The notes under the pieces: model-generated
Seen by the model: the letters and a program-made list of their open reading frames with translations, nothing else
Databases searched by the model: none
Told to the model about the DNA's origin: nothing
Shown: positions 10,220 to 19,567 of the stretch, piece by piece
Layout of the letters: each line of letters starts with the position of its first letter
Numbering within the stretch: the first letter of the stretch is position 1
NCBI GenBank assembly: GCA_964607515.1
Contig: CAZSKU010000001.1
Coordinates: 62,968-126,967 of the forward strand
Direction of reading: 5' to 3'
DNA from: an uncultured bacterium
GTDB lineage: Bacteria > Fermentibacterota > Fermentibacteria > Fermentibacterales > JCC-6
Length of the DNA stretch: 64,000 nucleotides
Translations under genes and position numbers: made by a program

Positions 10220-11580
10220 TCCAGTGCCCTTTCCGGCTCCTGCTCCAGCCCGAGTCTTCTCATCCGGGCCAGGAGCGTGGTTCTCTTCAGGCCGAGAAGC
10301 CGGGCCGCCCTGGACCTCACCCCTCCGCAGCTGGCGAGCGCATTTCTAATATAGAGTCGTTCCACCGCCGCGACAATTTCGTCAAGCCCCGCTCCCTCTC
10401 CGGTTGATGGAATGCGATCCGACCCGCCGGGCACTATCCTGGGAGGGAGGTGCCCGGGAAAGACCACCCCTGAAGAGAGGATGGAAGCCCTTTCCATGGC
10501 GTTTTCAAGCTCGCGGACGTTGCCGGGCCAGGGGTATGCCGTCAGAAGCGCCGCAGTTTCGGGGCTGAGACTGTATTCGATGCCTCCGGCGGCGGAATGG
10601 ATTTCCAGAAAATGTTCCGCCAGGGGGATGATGTCCTCCCGGCGATCCCGAAGGGGCGGAACGTGGATGTCTATTACGTTTATTCTGAAATACAGGTCTT
10701 CCCGGAACCTTCCCGCCCTGACCTCCTCATCGAGCCTGGAGTTCGTTGCGGCCAGGAGTCTCACGTCCACCTTCAGGGAGGCGTTGGAGCCCACCGGGGT
10801 TATCTCCCTCTCCTGCAGGGTTCTCAGGAGCTTGACCTGCATTCCCATGCTCATGTTGCCCACCTCGTCCAGGAAAAGGGTTCCCCCCTCGGCGGCCTGG
10901 AATCTGCCGATGGTTGTGGAATGGGCGCCCGTGTAGGAACCCTTCATATGGCCGAAGAGTTCGCTTTCCAGCAATCCCTCCGGGATTCCCCCGGAGTTGA
11001 CGCTCACGAAGGGCATTCCCGCCCTCCTGCTCTGGCGGTGGAGAAGGCGGGCTATCAGTTCCTTGCCCGTGCCGCTCTCCCCGGTGATCAGGGCGGTGCT
11101 TCCGGTGGCCGCCACCTGCCTCACCAGTTCCAGAACGACAGCCATGGCCCTGCTCCTGTAGACTATTCCCTTGCCCGCCGATGACCCCGGGGCTGCCTCG
11201 CCGGAGGTCAGGGCCTTTTCCACCGCCCTCTGGAGCTGGGCCGGGGTGAAGGGCTTCGGAATGTAGTCCACCGCACCGAGCCTGAGGGCTTCCTTCGTCC
11301 CGTCAATCGATGCGTATCCGGTTATCACGATGGCCGGAAGGGCCGGGTACTTGTCCCGGACGATCCGGAGCAGGTCGATCCCGCTGGAGTCCGGAAGTCG
11401 GACATCGGTTATCAGAAGATGGAACCGCTCCCGGCGCAGGCTCGCCAGAGCCTGCCGGGCGGTGGGCGCCGAGGTGCTCTGAAATCCCGATTCCGAAAGA
11501 ACCTCGTTGATGATTTCGACGATCTGCTGTTCGTCGTCCACCACCAGGACCCTGTACCTGTTCTGCGCTTCCTCGCTCAT
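10216..11580 (-). CDS. sigma54-dependent response regulator (NtrC family)
   Basis: Intact receiver (VVDDE, ITDV, PKP), GESGTGKE, GSYTGA loop, LFLDEV, FREDLYFRI, WPGNVRELEN, C-terminal HTH. Confidence 0.95.
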   Translation of the reverse strand: MSEEAQNRYRVLVVDDEQQIVEIINEVLSESGFQSTSAPTARQALASLRRERFHLLITDVRLPDSSGIDLLRIVRDKYPALPAIVITGYASIDGTKEALRLGAVDYIPKPFTPAQLQRAVEKALTSGEAAPGSSAGKGIVYRSRAMAVVLELVRQVAATGSTALITGESGTGKELIARLLHRQSRRAGMPFVSVNSGGIPEGLLESELFGHMKGSYTGAHSTTIGRFQAAEGGTLFLDEVGNMSMGMQVKLLRTLQEREITPVGSNASLKVDVRLLAATNSRLDEEVRAGRFREDLYFRINVIDIHVPPLRDRREDIIPLAEHFLEIHSAAGGIEYSLSPETAALLTAYPWPGNVRELENAMERASILSSGVVFPGHLPPRIVPGGSDRIPSTGEGAGLDEIVAAVERLYIRNALASCGGVRSRAARLLGLKRTTLLARMRRLGLEQEPERALE

Positions 11581-11619
11581 ATTCCAACGATACAGGCTTC
11601 ACAGGGGGTAGTCAATTAT

Positions 11620-12744
11620 ATGACATCTTCATCCCCGGTTTCCCGGGGCCGGTTGTTCACAATCTTGACAATTATCACGGCGATGGCCGGGTGCTCTTCA
11701 CCCCCCTCCGGGGAAGATGTGCTGGTCCTCAGGGCCGGCGACTACGTGGGCATCCCCGAGGATCCCCAGGTTAATCCGGCGCCTTCCGGGGAAGCCCCGC
11801 CGGACACCCTTCCACAGGATTCCCTGCGGACCGACTCCCTGCCCATGCCTGACAGCACATCTCTTTCCGCTGACTCCCTGGCCGTGCCCGAAGACTCGGT
11901 TGAGGTTGCCGAGGACTCGCTGTCCCGCGTGGATGTGGACCTTCCCGGGGGGCTGACTCTCCTGGCGGTGGAGGTCAGGGGGTCGCTTTACGGCAGCCTC
12001 GAGGAAGTCCGGGGCGTCTCCCCGGACGTGCTTGGAGCCCACTGCGTAAGGTACTTGTGGTGGGACATGGATCCGTGGACCGGTCTCATCGCCGGGGATT
12101 CCCTGAGGATTCTCTACTCTGCGGAACCGGGCCTCCGGGAGAACTGCATATCGGCTCTGGAGTACATTCCCGTGGCGGGCTCCTCGAACCGGGGGTTCAG
12201 CGTTTACGTGTACAGGAGGTCTGGAGACAATTTCCCCAGTATCTGGTACTCCGATGGAACCGAGGTGGTAAGACTACTCAACAGGATGCCCCTGTCCACC
12301 TTCGAGGAAGTCACGGGGATTTTCGGTGAGAGGCGCGGTTCAGGGGTGCACCACGGAGTCGATTTCAAGGCCCCCAGCGGTGTGCAGGTCCGGACGGTTT
12401 TCGGCGGAACCGTGAACCGGGTGGACTGGAATATGGAATATAACGGGCGGTGCGTGGAGATAAGAACCCCGGGGGGAAGCTGCGAGGTTTTTCTTCACCT
12501 GGACCAGCTCAGCAGCGGCGTCTCCCCGGGCCGCACGTTGGAACAGGGAAGCCAGGTGGGAACCGTGGGGAACTCCGGGCGTTCCTACGCCAGCCATCTT
12601 CACTACCAGATCAACGATTCCGAGGGAAACCCGGTGGATCCCTACGCGTGCCTGGGATCCAGGAGAAGAAGTCTGGAAGGGGATGACATGGTGCGGTTCG
12701 CCGCGGTGAGGGACAGCCTTGATACCCTTCTTCGGGGGCGATGA
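11620..12744 (+). CDS. M23 family metallopeptidase lipoprotein
   Basis: Lipobox MAGC, acidic D/S-rich linker, HHGVDF, FLHL and HLHY zinc motifs. Start placed at ATG 11620, since the ORF-track extension overlaps the divergent gene. Confidence 0.88.
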   Translation: MTSSSPVSRGRLFTILTIITAMAGCSSPPSGEDVLVLRAGDYVGIPEDPQVNPAPSGEAPPDTLPQDSLRTDSLPMPDSTSLSADSLAVPEDSVEVAEDSLSRVDVDLPGGLTLLAVEVRGSLYGSLEEVRGVSPDVLGAHCVRYLWWDMDPWTGLIAGDSLRILYSAEPGLRENCISALEYIPVAGSSNRGFSVYVYRRSGDNFPSIWYSDGTEVVRLLNRMPLSTFEEVTGIFGERRGSGVHHGVDFKAPSGVQVRTVFGGTVNRVDWNMEYNGRCVEIRTPGGSCEVFLHLDQLSSGVSPGRTLEQGSQVGTVGNSGRSYASHLHYQINDSEGNPVDPYACLGSRRRSLEGDDMVRFAAVRDSLDTLLRGR

Positions 12745-13667
12745 TGGCTGATTTCACCATGATCGTCCCGAACTGGAACGGCGGGTCGGTCCTTCCCGGC
12801 ATGCTGGAGTCGTCCGTCGGACAGGTGGTCCGGGGGAACGGACGGCTCCTGTTGTTCGACAACGGATCGAAGGATGGTTCCGACGGGGATGCCTGTGAGA
12901 AGTACGGAAACGAGCCCTGGTTTTCCATGGTGAGAAGCCCTGTGAACCTGGGCTTCGCCGCCGGGGTCAACATGGCCATGAAGGAGGTGGATACCCGGGA
13001 GGTGGTCATCGCCAACTCCGATACCGTCTTTCTTCCCGGGAGCCTCGACAACCTTCTGAAAGGGCTCCGCAGACACCCCGAGGCCGGGCTCGCCGGGCCA
13101 ATGCTTCTATGGCCGGACGGCCGCCTGCAGGAGTCCATGAGGGATTTTCCGTTTCCCGGGCGGCTGATCGCCGAACACCTGCCCGTACTGAGGAAAAGAT
13201 CCTTCAGGCACCGCGGCCATTCCCTGGAGACCCGATGCGACTGGGTCGTGGGGGCTGTGATGGCGGTGAGAACCGAGGCTTTCCGGGAGGTGGGAGGGTT
13301 CGACGAGGACTACTTCTTCTACCACGAGGAAACCGATCTCCAGTACAGGATGCAAAGGGCGGGGTGGGAGACCTGGCTCATTCCGTCATCCAGAATAATC
13401 CATCTGGAGGGCGCTTCCGCGACGCAGCTGTTTGGTGGGGAAACCTACCTTCGGTATATTCCCGCGAAGCTCAGATTTCTCTCCAAGCATGCGGGCGCCG
13501 GTTCCAGGGCGGCCTTCAGGGGATGGATGTCGGCGCTCATGCTTTGGAGAACGGCCGCCGGGCTGCTGAAGCCCTCCCTGGCCCGAAGGGATGGCCGTTT
13601 CAGGGCATCGTACTGCGGAAAAGCCCTGAAGCTGCTGTTCGGCTCTACTGAACGGAAAATTCTATGA
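12741..13667 (+). CDS. Glycosyltransferase family 2 (WbbL-like)
   Basis: IVPNWN, FDNGSKDG, NLGFAAGVN, NSD, GGFDEDYFFYHEETDL. Confidence 0.9.
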   Translation: MMADFTMIVPNWNGGSVLPGMLESSVGQVVRGNGRLLLFDNGSKDGSDGDACEKYGNEPWFSMVRSPVNLGFAAGVNMAMKEVDTREVVIANSDTVFLPGSLDNLLKGLRRHPEAGLAGPMLLWPDGRLQESMRDFPFPGRLIAEHLPVLRKRSFRHRGHSLETRCDWVVGAVMAVRTEAFREVGGFDEDYFFYHEETDLQYRMQRAGWETWLIPSSRIIHLEGASATQLFGGETYLRYIPAKLRFLSKHAGAGSRAAFRGWMSALMLWRTAAGLLKPSLARRDGRFRASYCGKALKLLFGSTERKIL

Positions 13668-15379
13668 AAGCCATTCTCGGAATCAACTGCTACAAGCACG
13701 ACTCCGCGGCCTGCCTCCTGGTGGACGGCAGACTGGTGGGAGCCGCTGAGGAGGAGAGGTTCACCAGGAGGAAGCACGACTCCTCCTTCCCCTCGAAGAC
13801 CATTTCCTTCCTGCTCAGCAGGGCCGGAATCTCCCCCGGCGACGTCAGCCACGCGGCTTTCTACATGAAGCCCGGTCTGGTGTCACGGGAGGCCTTTCGC
13901 ATGCTTCCCAGATACATTACCAAGCCCGGCGCACTGGGTTTTTTCGCGGGCCAGCTGGGAGGCTCCCGAAGGATGGCGGGCATACCGGGGTTGTGCAGGG
14001 AGAAGCTGGGGCGGAGCTTCGACCCTGAGTTCCACTTCCTGGAGCATCACGGCGCCCATGCCTGGTCGGCCTGGTTCGGAGCCGGCTGCCGGGATGCCGC
14101 TGTGATGACCCTGGACGGGGCAGGTGAGATCCACTCGGGAATGCTGGGAGAGATCAGGGGCTTCCGGCTTAAGAGGTTCTCCACCACCAGGCTTCCAAAC
14201 TCCACCGGCCTTTTCTACAGCGCAGTGACATCCTTCCTCGGTTTCAAGCCCGACAGCGACGAGTACAAGGTGATGGGTCTGGCCAGCTACGGCAGGCCGG
14301 AATACGCGGACCTCTTCAGGAGGATCCTGATCTCCCGGAAGGATTCGGTCAGGGTGGACACCGGGCTGCTGGACATCACCAGGGGGGTGCATCACGCCCG
14401 GTTTTCCCGGGAAGCGCTTTCCCGGATAGGTCCCCCACGCCGGGAGGGCGAGCCCCTGGACGCCCGTCACGAGAACATCGCCTCATCGGCCCAGATTGTA
14501 CTTGAGGAGGCCGGGCTGGCCATGGCTTCTCACCTAAGGGAAATCTCCGGCGCCGACATTCTGGCAATTGCCGGAGGAACCGCCCTGAACTGCGTGATGA
14601 ACGGCCGTATCGAGAGGGAAGCGGGATTCCGGGAAGTCCACCCGTTTCCCGCGTCCCACGATGCCGGCACCGCAGTGGGAGCCGCGGTGGCGGTGCATGT
14701 GGCCTCCTTCCCCGGGGTTCCCCTGGTCTCCCCCGAGCACATGTTCCTGGGACCAGACTACTCAGAGGCTGAGTTGGAGGCCGCCCTGGAGGGATCCAGA
14801 GTGGAGTACTCCCGTCCCGGGAACCTGGAGGCCCTCACCGCGTCGCTGGTGGAGCGGGGCTACGTGGTGGGTCTCTTCCAGGGCCGGACGGAGTTCGGAC
14901 CCAGAGCCCTGGGCAACAGGTCCATCCTGGCCGACCCCCGCCGTCCCGAGATGAAGGACATAGTCAACGAGGTGATAAAACTCAGGGAGGGCTTCAGGCC
15001 CTTTGCGCCGGTTTGCACCGAGGAGGACGCTTCAGAGTACTTCGCGGGTTGTTCCTCAAGCCCTTACATGATCAAGACCTATCCCGTGGTTCCCGGGAAG
15101 GAGAAGGTCATCCCCGCGGTGACCCACGTGGACCTTACGGGAAGGGTGCAGACCGTGACCCGGCAGGTGAACCCCTTTTACTACGACGTCATCCGGGAAT
15201 TCCAGAATCTCACCGGGGTGCCGGTGCTCATGAACACGTCCTTCAATGTCCGGGGGGAACCCATCGTGAACTCCCCGGTGGACGCGGTGAGGTGTTTCTA
15301 CGGCACCGGAATTGACGCCCTGGTGATGCCTCCGTTCCTGGTCATGAAGGAAAGGGCCAGGGAAAGGAGCCGGGTTTGA
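13664..15379 (+). CDS. O-carbamoyltransferase, NodU/CmcH/TobZ family
   Basis: HDSAA, EEERFTRRKH, HHGAHA, EYKVMGLASYG, GPRALGNRSILADPR, FRPFAP, THVD..GRVQTV, NTSFN. Confidence 0.94.
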   Translation: MKAILGINCYKHDSAACLLVDGRLVGAAEEERFTRRKHDSSFPSKTISFLLSRAGISPGDVSHAAFYMKPGLVSREAFRMLPRYITKPGALGFFAGQLGGSRRMAGIPGLCREKLGRSFDPEFHFLEHHGAHAWSAWFGAGCRDAAVMTLDGAGEIHSGMLGEIRGFRLKRFSTTRLPNSTGLFYSAVTSFLGFKPDSDEYKVMGLASYGRPEYADLFRRILISRKDSVRVDTGLLDITRGVHHARFSREALSRIGPPRREGEPLDARHENIASSAQIVLEEAGLAMASHLREISGADILAIAGGTALNCVMNGRIEREAGFREVHPFPASHDAGTAVGAAVAVHVASFPGVPLVSPEHMFLGPDYSEAELEAALEGSRVEYSRPGNLEALTASLVERGYVVGLFQGRTEFGPRALGNRSILADPRRPEMKDIVNEVIKLREGFRPFAPVCTEEDASEYFAGCSSSPYMIKTYPVVPGKEKVIPAVTHVDLTGRVQTVTRQVNPFYYDVIREFQNLTGVPVLMNTSFNVRGEPIVNSPVDAVRCFYGTGIDALVMPPFLVMKERARERSRV

Positions 15380-16743
15380 CCACAAGCCTCGGCCGGGGTA
15401 CCGTCTTGTTCGTGGACCCTGACAGGGATCGCACGGCCCGACTCAGGGCTCTGGTGTCGGAACTCGGGTGCACCACCACCGAGGAGAGAACCGCCCGGGG
15501 AGCCCTCAGGAGGGTCCGGTCCCGGTCGGTGAACGTTCTGGCGGTGAGCAGCGGCACCGACGACCTTCTCATGTCCACCTTCCTTGAAACCCTGTCCCGG
15601 GTGAACACCGACGCCAGCGTGATAATCTACGGCCGCATGATAAGCGCCCAGGAAGCGGTTTCCTGGATGAAGGCGGGAGTGGTGGACATCCTGCTGGACC
15701 CAGATTCCCGGGACGGCTGGAGGCAGGCGGTTCAGCTGGCTTTTTCCCGGTCGTCCAGAAGCCTGTTCACCCGCACCGCGGCGGTGAAGGCGGCCGCTCC
15801 TCAGGACACGCCGGACATCCTCTACAGGAGCCGGGCCATGGGTGACGTTCTTCAGATGGTCAAGCGGGTGGCTCCCATCAAGGCCACGGTGCTCATCACC
15901 GGGGAGAGCGGCACAGGCAAGGACCTCCTTTCCCGAAGCATCCACGCCCAGAGCCGCAGGAAGGGCGACTACCTGGTGATGAACTGCGCGGCGATTCCCG
16001 AAACCCTGCTGGAGGACGAACTCTTCGGCCACGAGCGGGGGGCCTTCACCGGGGCCGACAGCCCGCGGGCCGGGAAATTCGAGGCCGCCGACGGCGGCAC
16101 CCTTATGCTGGACGAGATCGGCGAGGTCCCCCTCTCCCTGCAGGTAAAGCTTCTCAGGGTTCTGGAGGAGGACCGCGTCACCAGACTCGGAGGGAACCGG
16201 GCGGTGCCTGTGGACGTGAGGCTGATCGCCGCCACCAACCGCGACCTTTCGGCCATGGTCAGGGCAGGCGCCTTCAGGGAGGATCTCTACTACCGTCTGA
16301 AGGTGGTGGAGATACACATTCCCCCACTGAGGAAGAGGAGGGCCGACATTCCCCTGCTTGCTCTGACGCTTCTGCGCCAGGCCTCGGACAAACACGATCT
16401 GCCCATGCCTGAAATCACGCCGGAGGTCATGGAGTCCCTCAAGGCCTACCCCTGGCCGGGGAACGTGAGACAGCTAAAGAACCTCATGGAGAGCCTCCTG
16501 ATCATGTGCCGGGAGAACATCACCCTGGACGACCTGCCCCCCGAGATTACACCCGCCACTGGAGAGGGATCGGACCGGCTGGTTCTGGAACTGCCGGTGA
16601 CCCTGCAGGAAGCCGAAGACTTGCTCGTGGAAAGGACTTTGACTCTCACCGGAGGCAACAGGACCCAGGCCGCCGCCCTGCTGGGCATGGGCAGGCGGAC
16701 CCTTCAGAGAAGGCTCGGTTCCTCCGGGGACGAAACGGACTGA
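15376..16743 (+). CDS. sigma54-dependent activator with pseudo-receiver domain
   Basis: GESGTGKD, GAFTGA, LDEIG, FREDLYYRL, WPGNVRQL, HTH. The receiver lacks the phospho-Asp, Thr and Lys. Confidence 0.92.
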   Translation: MTTSLGRGTVLFVDPDRDRTARLRALVSELGCTTTEERTARGALRRVRSRSVNVLAVSSGTDDLLMSTFLETLSRVNTDASVIIYGRMISAQEAVSWMKAGVVDILLDPDSRDGWRQAVQLAFSRSSRSLFTRTAAVKAAAPQDTPDILYRSRAMGDVLQMVKRVAPIKATVLITGESGTGKDLLSRSIHAQSRRKGDYLVMNCAAIPETLLEDELFGHERGAFTGADSPRAGKFEAADGGTLMLDEIGEVPLSLQVKLLRVLEEDRVTRLGGNRAVPVDVRLIAATNRDLSAMVRAGAFREDLYYRLKVVEIHIPPLRKRRADIPLLALTLLRQASDKHDLPMPEITPEVMESLKAYPWPGNVRQLKNLMESLLIMCRENITLDDLPPEITPATGEGSDRLVLELPVTLQEAEDLLVERTLTLTGGNRTQAAALLGMGRRTLQRRLGSSGDETD

Positions 16744-16759
16744 GAAAGGGGGTGCCGCC

Positions 16760-17725
16760 TTGCGGGGAAATCCGTTCAATCCGGTGTTTCCCGGGTTTCG
16801 GGTGAAATGGGTGGTCATCGTGGCCGTGGTCCTTTGGTTTCTGATCGCGGGTCCCTTCTACATCGTTGGCCCGGAGCAGGAGGGGGTGGTGCTGACCTTC
16901 GGACGCTACACCTCCACCGTGGGGCCGGGTTTTCACCTGAAGTTCCCGTGGCCGGTCCAGACAGTGTTCAAGCCTCCCGTGAACGTTGTTCAGAGGATAG
17001 AGATCGGCTACAGGTCCATTCCCAACTCCGATCCCCAGCGGTACCGGGGGTTCGATTCCGACCCCGAGATGCTGGCCGAGGCCCAGATGCTGACCGGAGA
17101 CGAGAACATCATAAACGTCTCAGCCATAGTTCAGTACCGGATCAGCGACGCCAGGGCGTACCTTTTCAACGTCCGGGAGCCGGAGGCAACCCTCCGGGAC
17201 ATCTCCGAGGCCTGCATCCGCCAGGTCATCGGGGACAACGCCATTGACGCGGTGCTGACCACGGGCAAGCTGGACCTTCAGAACAGAATCCAGACCCTGG
17301 TGCAGAACCTGGCCGACGGCTACGGCATGGGGGTGAACATCGTGGCGGTGCAGCTGAAGGATGTTCAGCCGCCGGACCAGGTTTTCTTCGCCTTCAAGGA
17401 CGTGGCCACAGCCCGGGAGGACATGCAGGCCTACCTGAACGAGGCGGAGGCCTATCGCAACCAGGTGATTCCAGAGGCCATGGCGGACTCGGTCACCATG
17501 GTGAACGAGGCCATGGGCTACAGCGCGGTGAGGATCAACAGGGCACTGGGCGACGCCAGCCGGTTCACGGCCCTGGCGGAGGAGTACCGGAAGAATCCCG
17601 GCACCACCTCGGCGAGAATGCACCTTGAAACCCTGGAGGAGGTTCTCTCCCGGGTGGACCTGACCATAGTTGACGAGAACGCCGGGGCCCTGACCCATTA
17701 CGGCCTCGGGACGGGAGGCAGGTGA
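16760..17725 (+). CDS. hflK: FtsH protease modulator HflK
   Basis: TM then EQEGVVLTFG, PGFHLKFPWP, MLTGDENII, VQPPDQV..AF.DV..ARED, AEAYRN. Confidence 0.92.
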   Translation: MRGNPFNPVFPGFRVKWVVIVAVVLWFLIAGPFYIVGPEQEGVVLTFGRYTSTVGPGFHLKFPWPVQTVFKPPVNVVQRIEIGYRSIPNSDPQRYRGFDSDPEMLAEAQMLTGDENIINVSAIVQYRISDARAYLFNVREPEATLRDISEACIRQVIGDNAIDAVLTTGKLDLQNRIQTLVQNLADGYGMGVNIVAVQLKDVQPPDQVFFAFKDVATAREDMQAYLNEAEAYRNQVIPEAMADSVTMVNEAMGYSAVRINRALGDASRFTALAEEYRKNPGTTSARMHLETLEEVLSRVDLTIVDENAGALTHYGLGTGGR

Positions 17726-18813
17726 TGAGGAAGCTCGGCGGCTGTGTCCTGTTCCTGATACTCATTGCGGTGGTCCTGGCGGTCACGGGAACCCTCTTCA
17801 CGGTCAACGAAACCCAGCAGGCCGTGGTTCTGCAGCTGGGCAGGCCGGTGAGGGTCATCGTGGGCAACCGCACCCCGGAGGAGATGGCCTCGCTCCAGTC
17901 CTGGATGGAAGCCAACGCTCCCGGCGTGACCCTGACCCGGGGCGCCGGCCTGTACGTCAGGGTGCCGCTGCTTCAGCAGGTCACCCTCTTCGACGACAGG
18001 ATCCTGGAGTACGACGATGATCCGGCGGACGTGGTCACCCGGGACAAGAAACACATCCAGGTGGACTGCTACGCACGATGGAGGATTCAGAACCCCCTGC
18101 TGTTCCTTCGCAGCGTCCGCACCGAGAGGGAGGCACTGGCCCGGCTGGACGACGTGATCTACTCCGAGCTGCGCACGGAGCTGGGCAAGAGCGATCTCAT
18201 CAACATCGTCCGGAGCACGAACGATCCGGTGGGGCTCGATTCCTACGTCCGGCTGGTGAACAGCATCTCCATGTCCGACTCTACCAGGGACATCGTCATG
18301 GCCGGGGGCGAGGTTCTGGAGATAATACCCATGCTCAGGATACCCCCCGGTGAAGGCCGGGAGGCCATTCTGAACCGGGTGACTGAAAACAGCCGCAGGC
18401 TGGCGTCCCAGTATGGGATCCACATAGTGGACATCAGGATAAAAAGGGCCGACCTGCCCCCGGAGAACCAGGCTGCGGTCTTCACCAGGATGCAGGCCGA
18501 ACGCAGCCGGATTTCCACCAGGTACAGGGCCGAGGGGCACCGGATGGCCAGAACGATCCTGGCGGAGACCGACCTGAAGGTGGACAGCATCACCAGTCAG
18601 GCGGAAATGCTGGCGCTTTCAATCCAGGGCCGGGCCGACAGCACTGCCGCGGCGATCTACTCCGGAGCCTACCAGGCCTACCCCGACTTCTACCGGTTCA
18701 CCAGGAGCCTGGAAGCCCTTGAGATGGTGCTTGACTCGACCGATACCGCGGTACTCGGGGCCGAAGGGGTCTTCCGGCTTCTGCTCTCACCCCCGGGGCG
18801 CTTTCAGGAATAG
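17722..18813 (+). CDS. hflC: FtsH protease modulator HflC
   Basis: FTVNETQQAVVLQLG, TRDKK, ARWRI..P, IVDIRIKRADLP, RMQAER, FYRFTRSLEA; overlaps the hflK stop. Confidence 0.9.
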   Translation: MMRKLGGCVLFLILIAVVLAVTGTLFTVNETQQAVVLQLGRPVRVIVGNRTPEEMASLQSWMEANAPGVTLTRGAGLYVRVPLLQQVTLFDDRILEYDDDPADVVTRDKKHIQVDCYARWRIQNPLLFLRSVRTEREALARLDDVIYSELRTELGKSDLINIVRSTNDPVGLDSYVRLVNSISMSDSTRDIVMAGGEVLEIIPMLRIPPGEGREAILNRVTENSRRLASQYGIHIVDIRIKRADLPPENQAAVFTRMQAERSRISTRYRAEGHRMARTILAETDLKVDSITSQAEMLALSIQGRADSTAAAIYSGAYQAYPDFYRFTRSLEALEMVLDSTDTAVLGAEGVFRLLLSPPGRFQE

Positions 18814-18814
18814 G

Positions 18815-19567
18815 GTGGCTTCCACCGTCCTTTTCGGCGCCGCCGGGCGGCTGGGCACAGCCCTCAGAAAAGTTTCCGCAGGGCACACCGGGCTGTACTG
18901 CCACGGTCTGGGCGGCGCCGGCGGGCCCGCCCAGACGGACCTGGCCTCGGCGGACCCGGCGGGCCTCATTCCCGAGGATGCGGATACTGTCATCAACTGC
19001 GCGGCCATGAGCGCCGTTGGGGACTGCCGCAGGAATCCGGCCGCCGCCTTCGGGGTGAACTGTCTCTGGCCCCGGAGGCTGGCGGCGCGATGCGCGGAAA
19101 TGGGGATCGGGCTGGTCCACATGAGTACCGACCTGGTCTGGTCCGGGGGTATTCCGCCGTACAAACGCCACTCACCGGCGGTCCCCATGTCGGTGTACGG
19201 CTGGACGAAACTCCTCGGTGACCTGCTGGTGAGGCGGGTCCACCCGGGGGCCCTGGTGGTAAGGACTTCGGTGCTGGTGGGGGAGATCGGAGCCCGGAGG
19301 CCAACTTTTACCGAAGAGATTCTCTCCGGCGCCGCAAGCCGTTTCTACGCCGATTCCATCCGGCACCACACCCCCATCATCCCTTTGGCGGAAACCCTTC
19401 ACAGGCTTGCCGGGGAGGGGACATCCGGGCTGATTCTGGCTGCGTCCCCCCTGGCCATGTCCCGGCTGGCCTATGCCGCGACCCTGATACCGGAGCCGGA
19501 GGGGGTCCGGGCTCCCCGGGGGGTTCCCCTGAACCTGACCATGCTGGTGGACGTGGAGGTGATCTGA
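18815..19567 (+). CDS. dTDP-4-dehydrorhamnose reductase-like SDR
   Basis: GAAGRLG, VINCAA, HMSTDLVW, YGWTK (YxxxK). GTG start just after the hflC stop. Confidence 0.7.
   Translation: MASTVLFGAAGRLGTALRKVSAGHTGLYCHGLGGAGGPAQTDLASADPAGLIPEDADTVINCAAMSAVGDCRRNPAAAFGVNCLWPRRLAARCAEMGIGLVHMSTDLVWSGGIPPYKRHSPAVPMSVYGWTKLLGDLLVRRVHPGALVVRTSVLVGEIGARRPTFTEEILSGAASRFYADSIRHHTPIIPLAETLHRLAGEGTSGLILAASPLAMSRLAYAATLIPEPEGVRAPRGVPLNLTMLVDVEVI

Noticed and set aside
15760-15960. FleQ-type c-di-GMP binding site in the pseudo-receiver activator
   Set aside because: LYRS aligns with the usual IVG.S position, is shared with the other activator, and the FleQ RN pair is absent.
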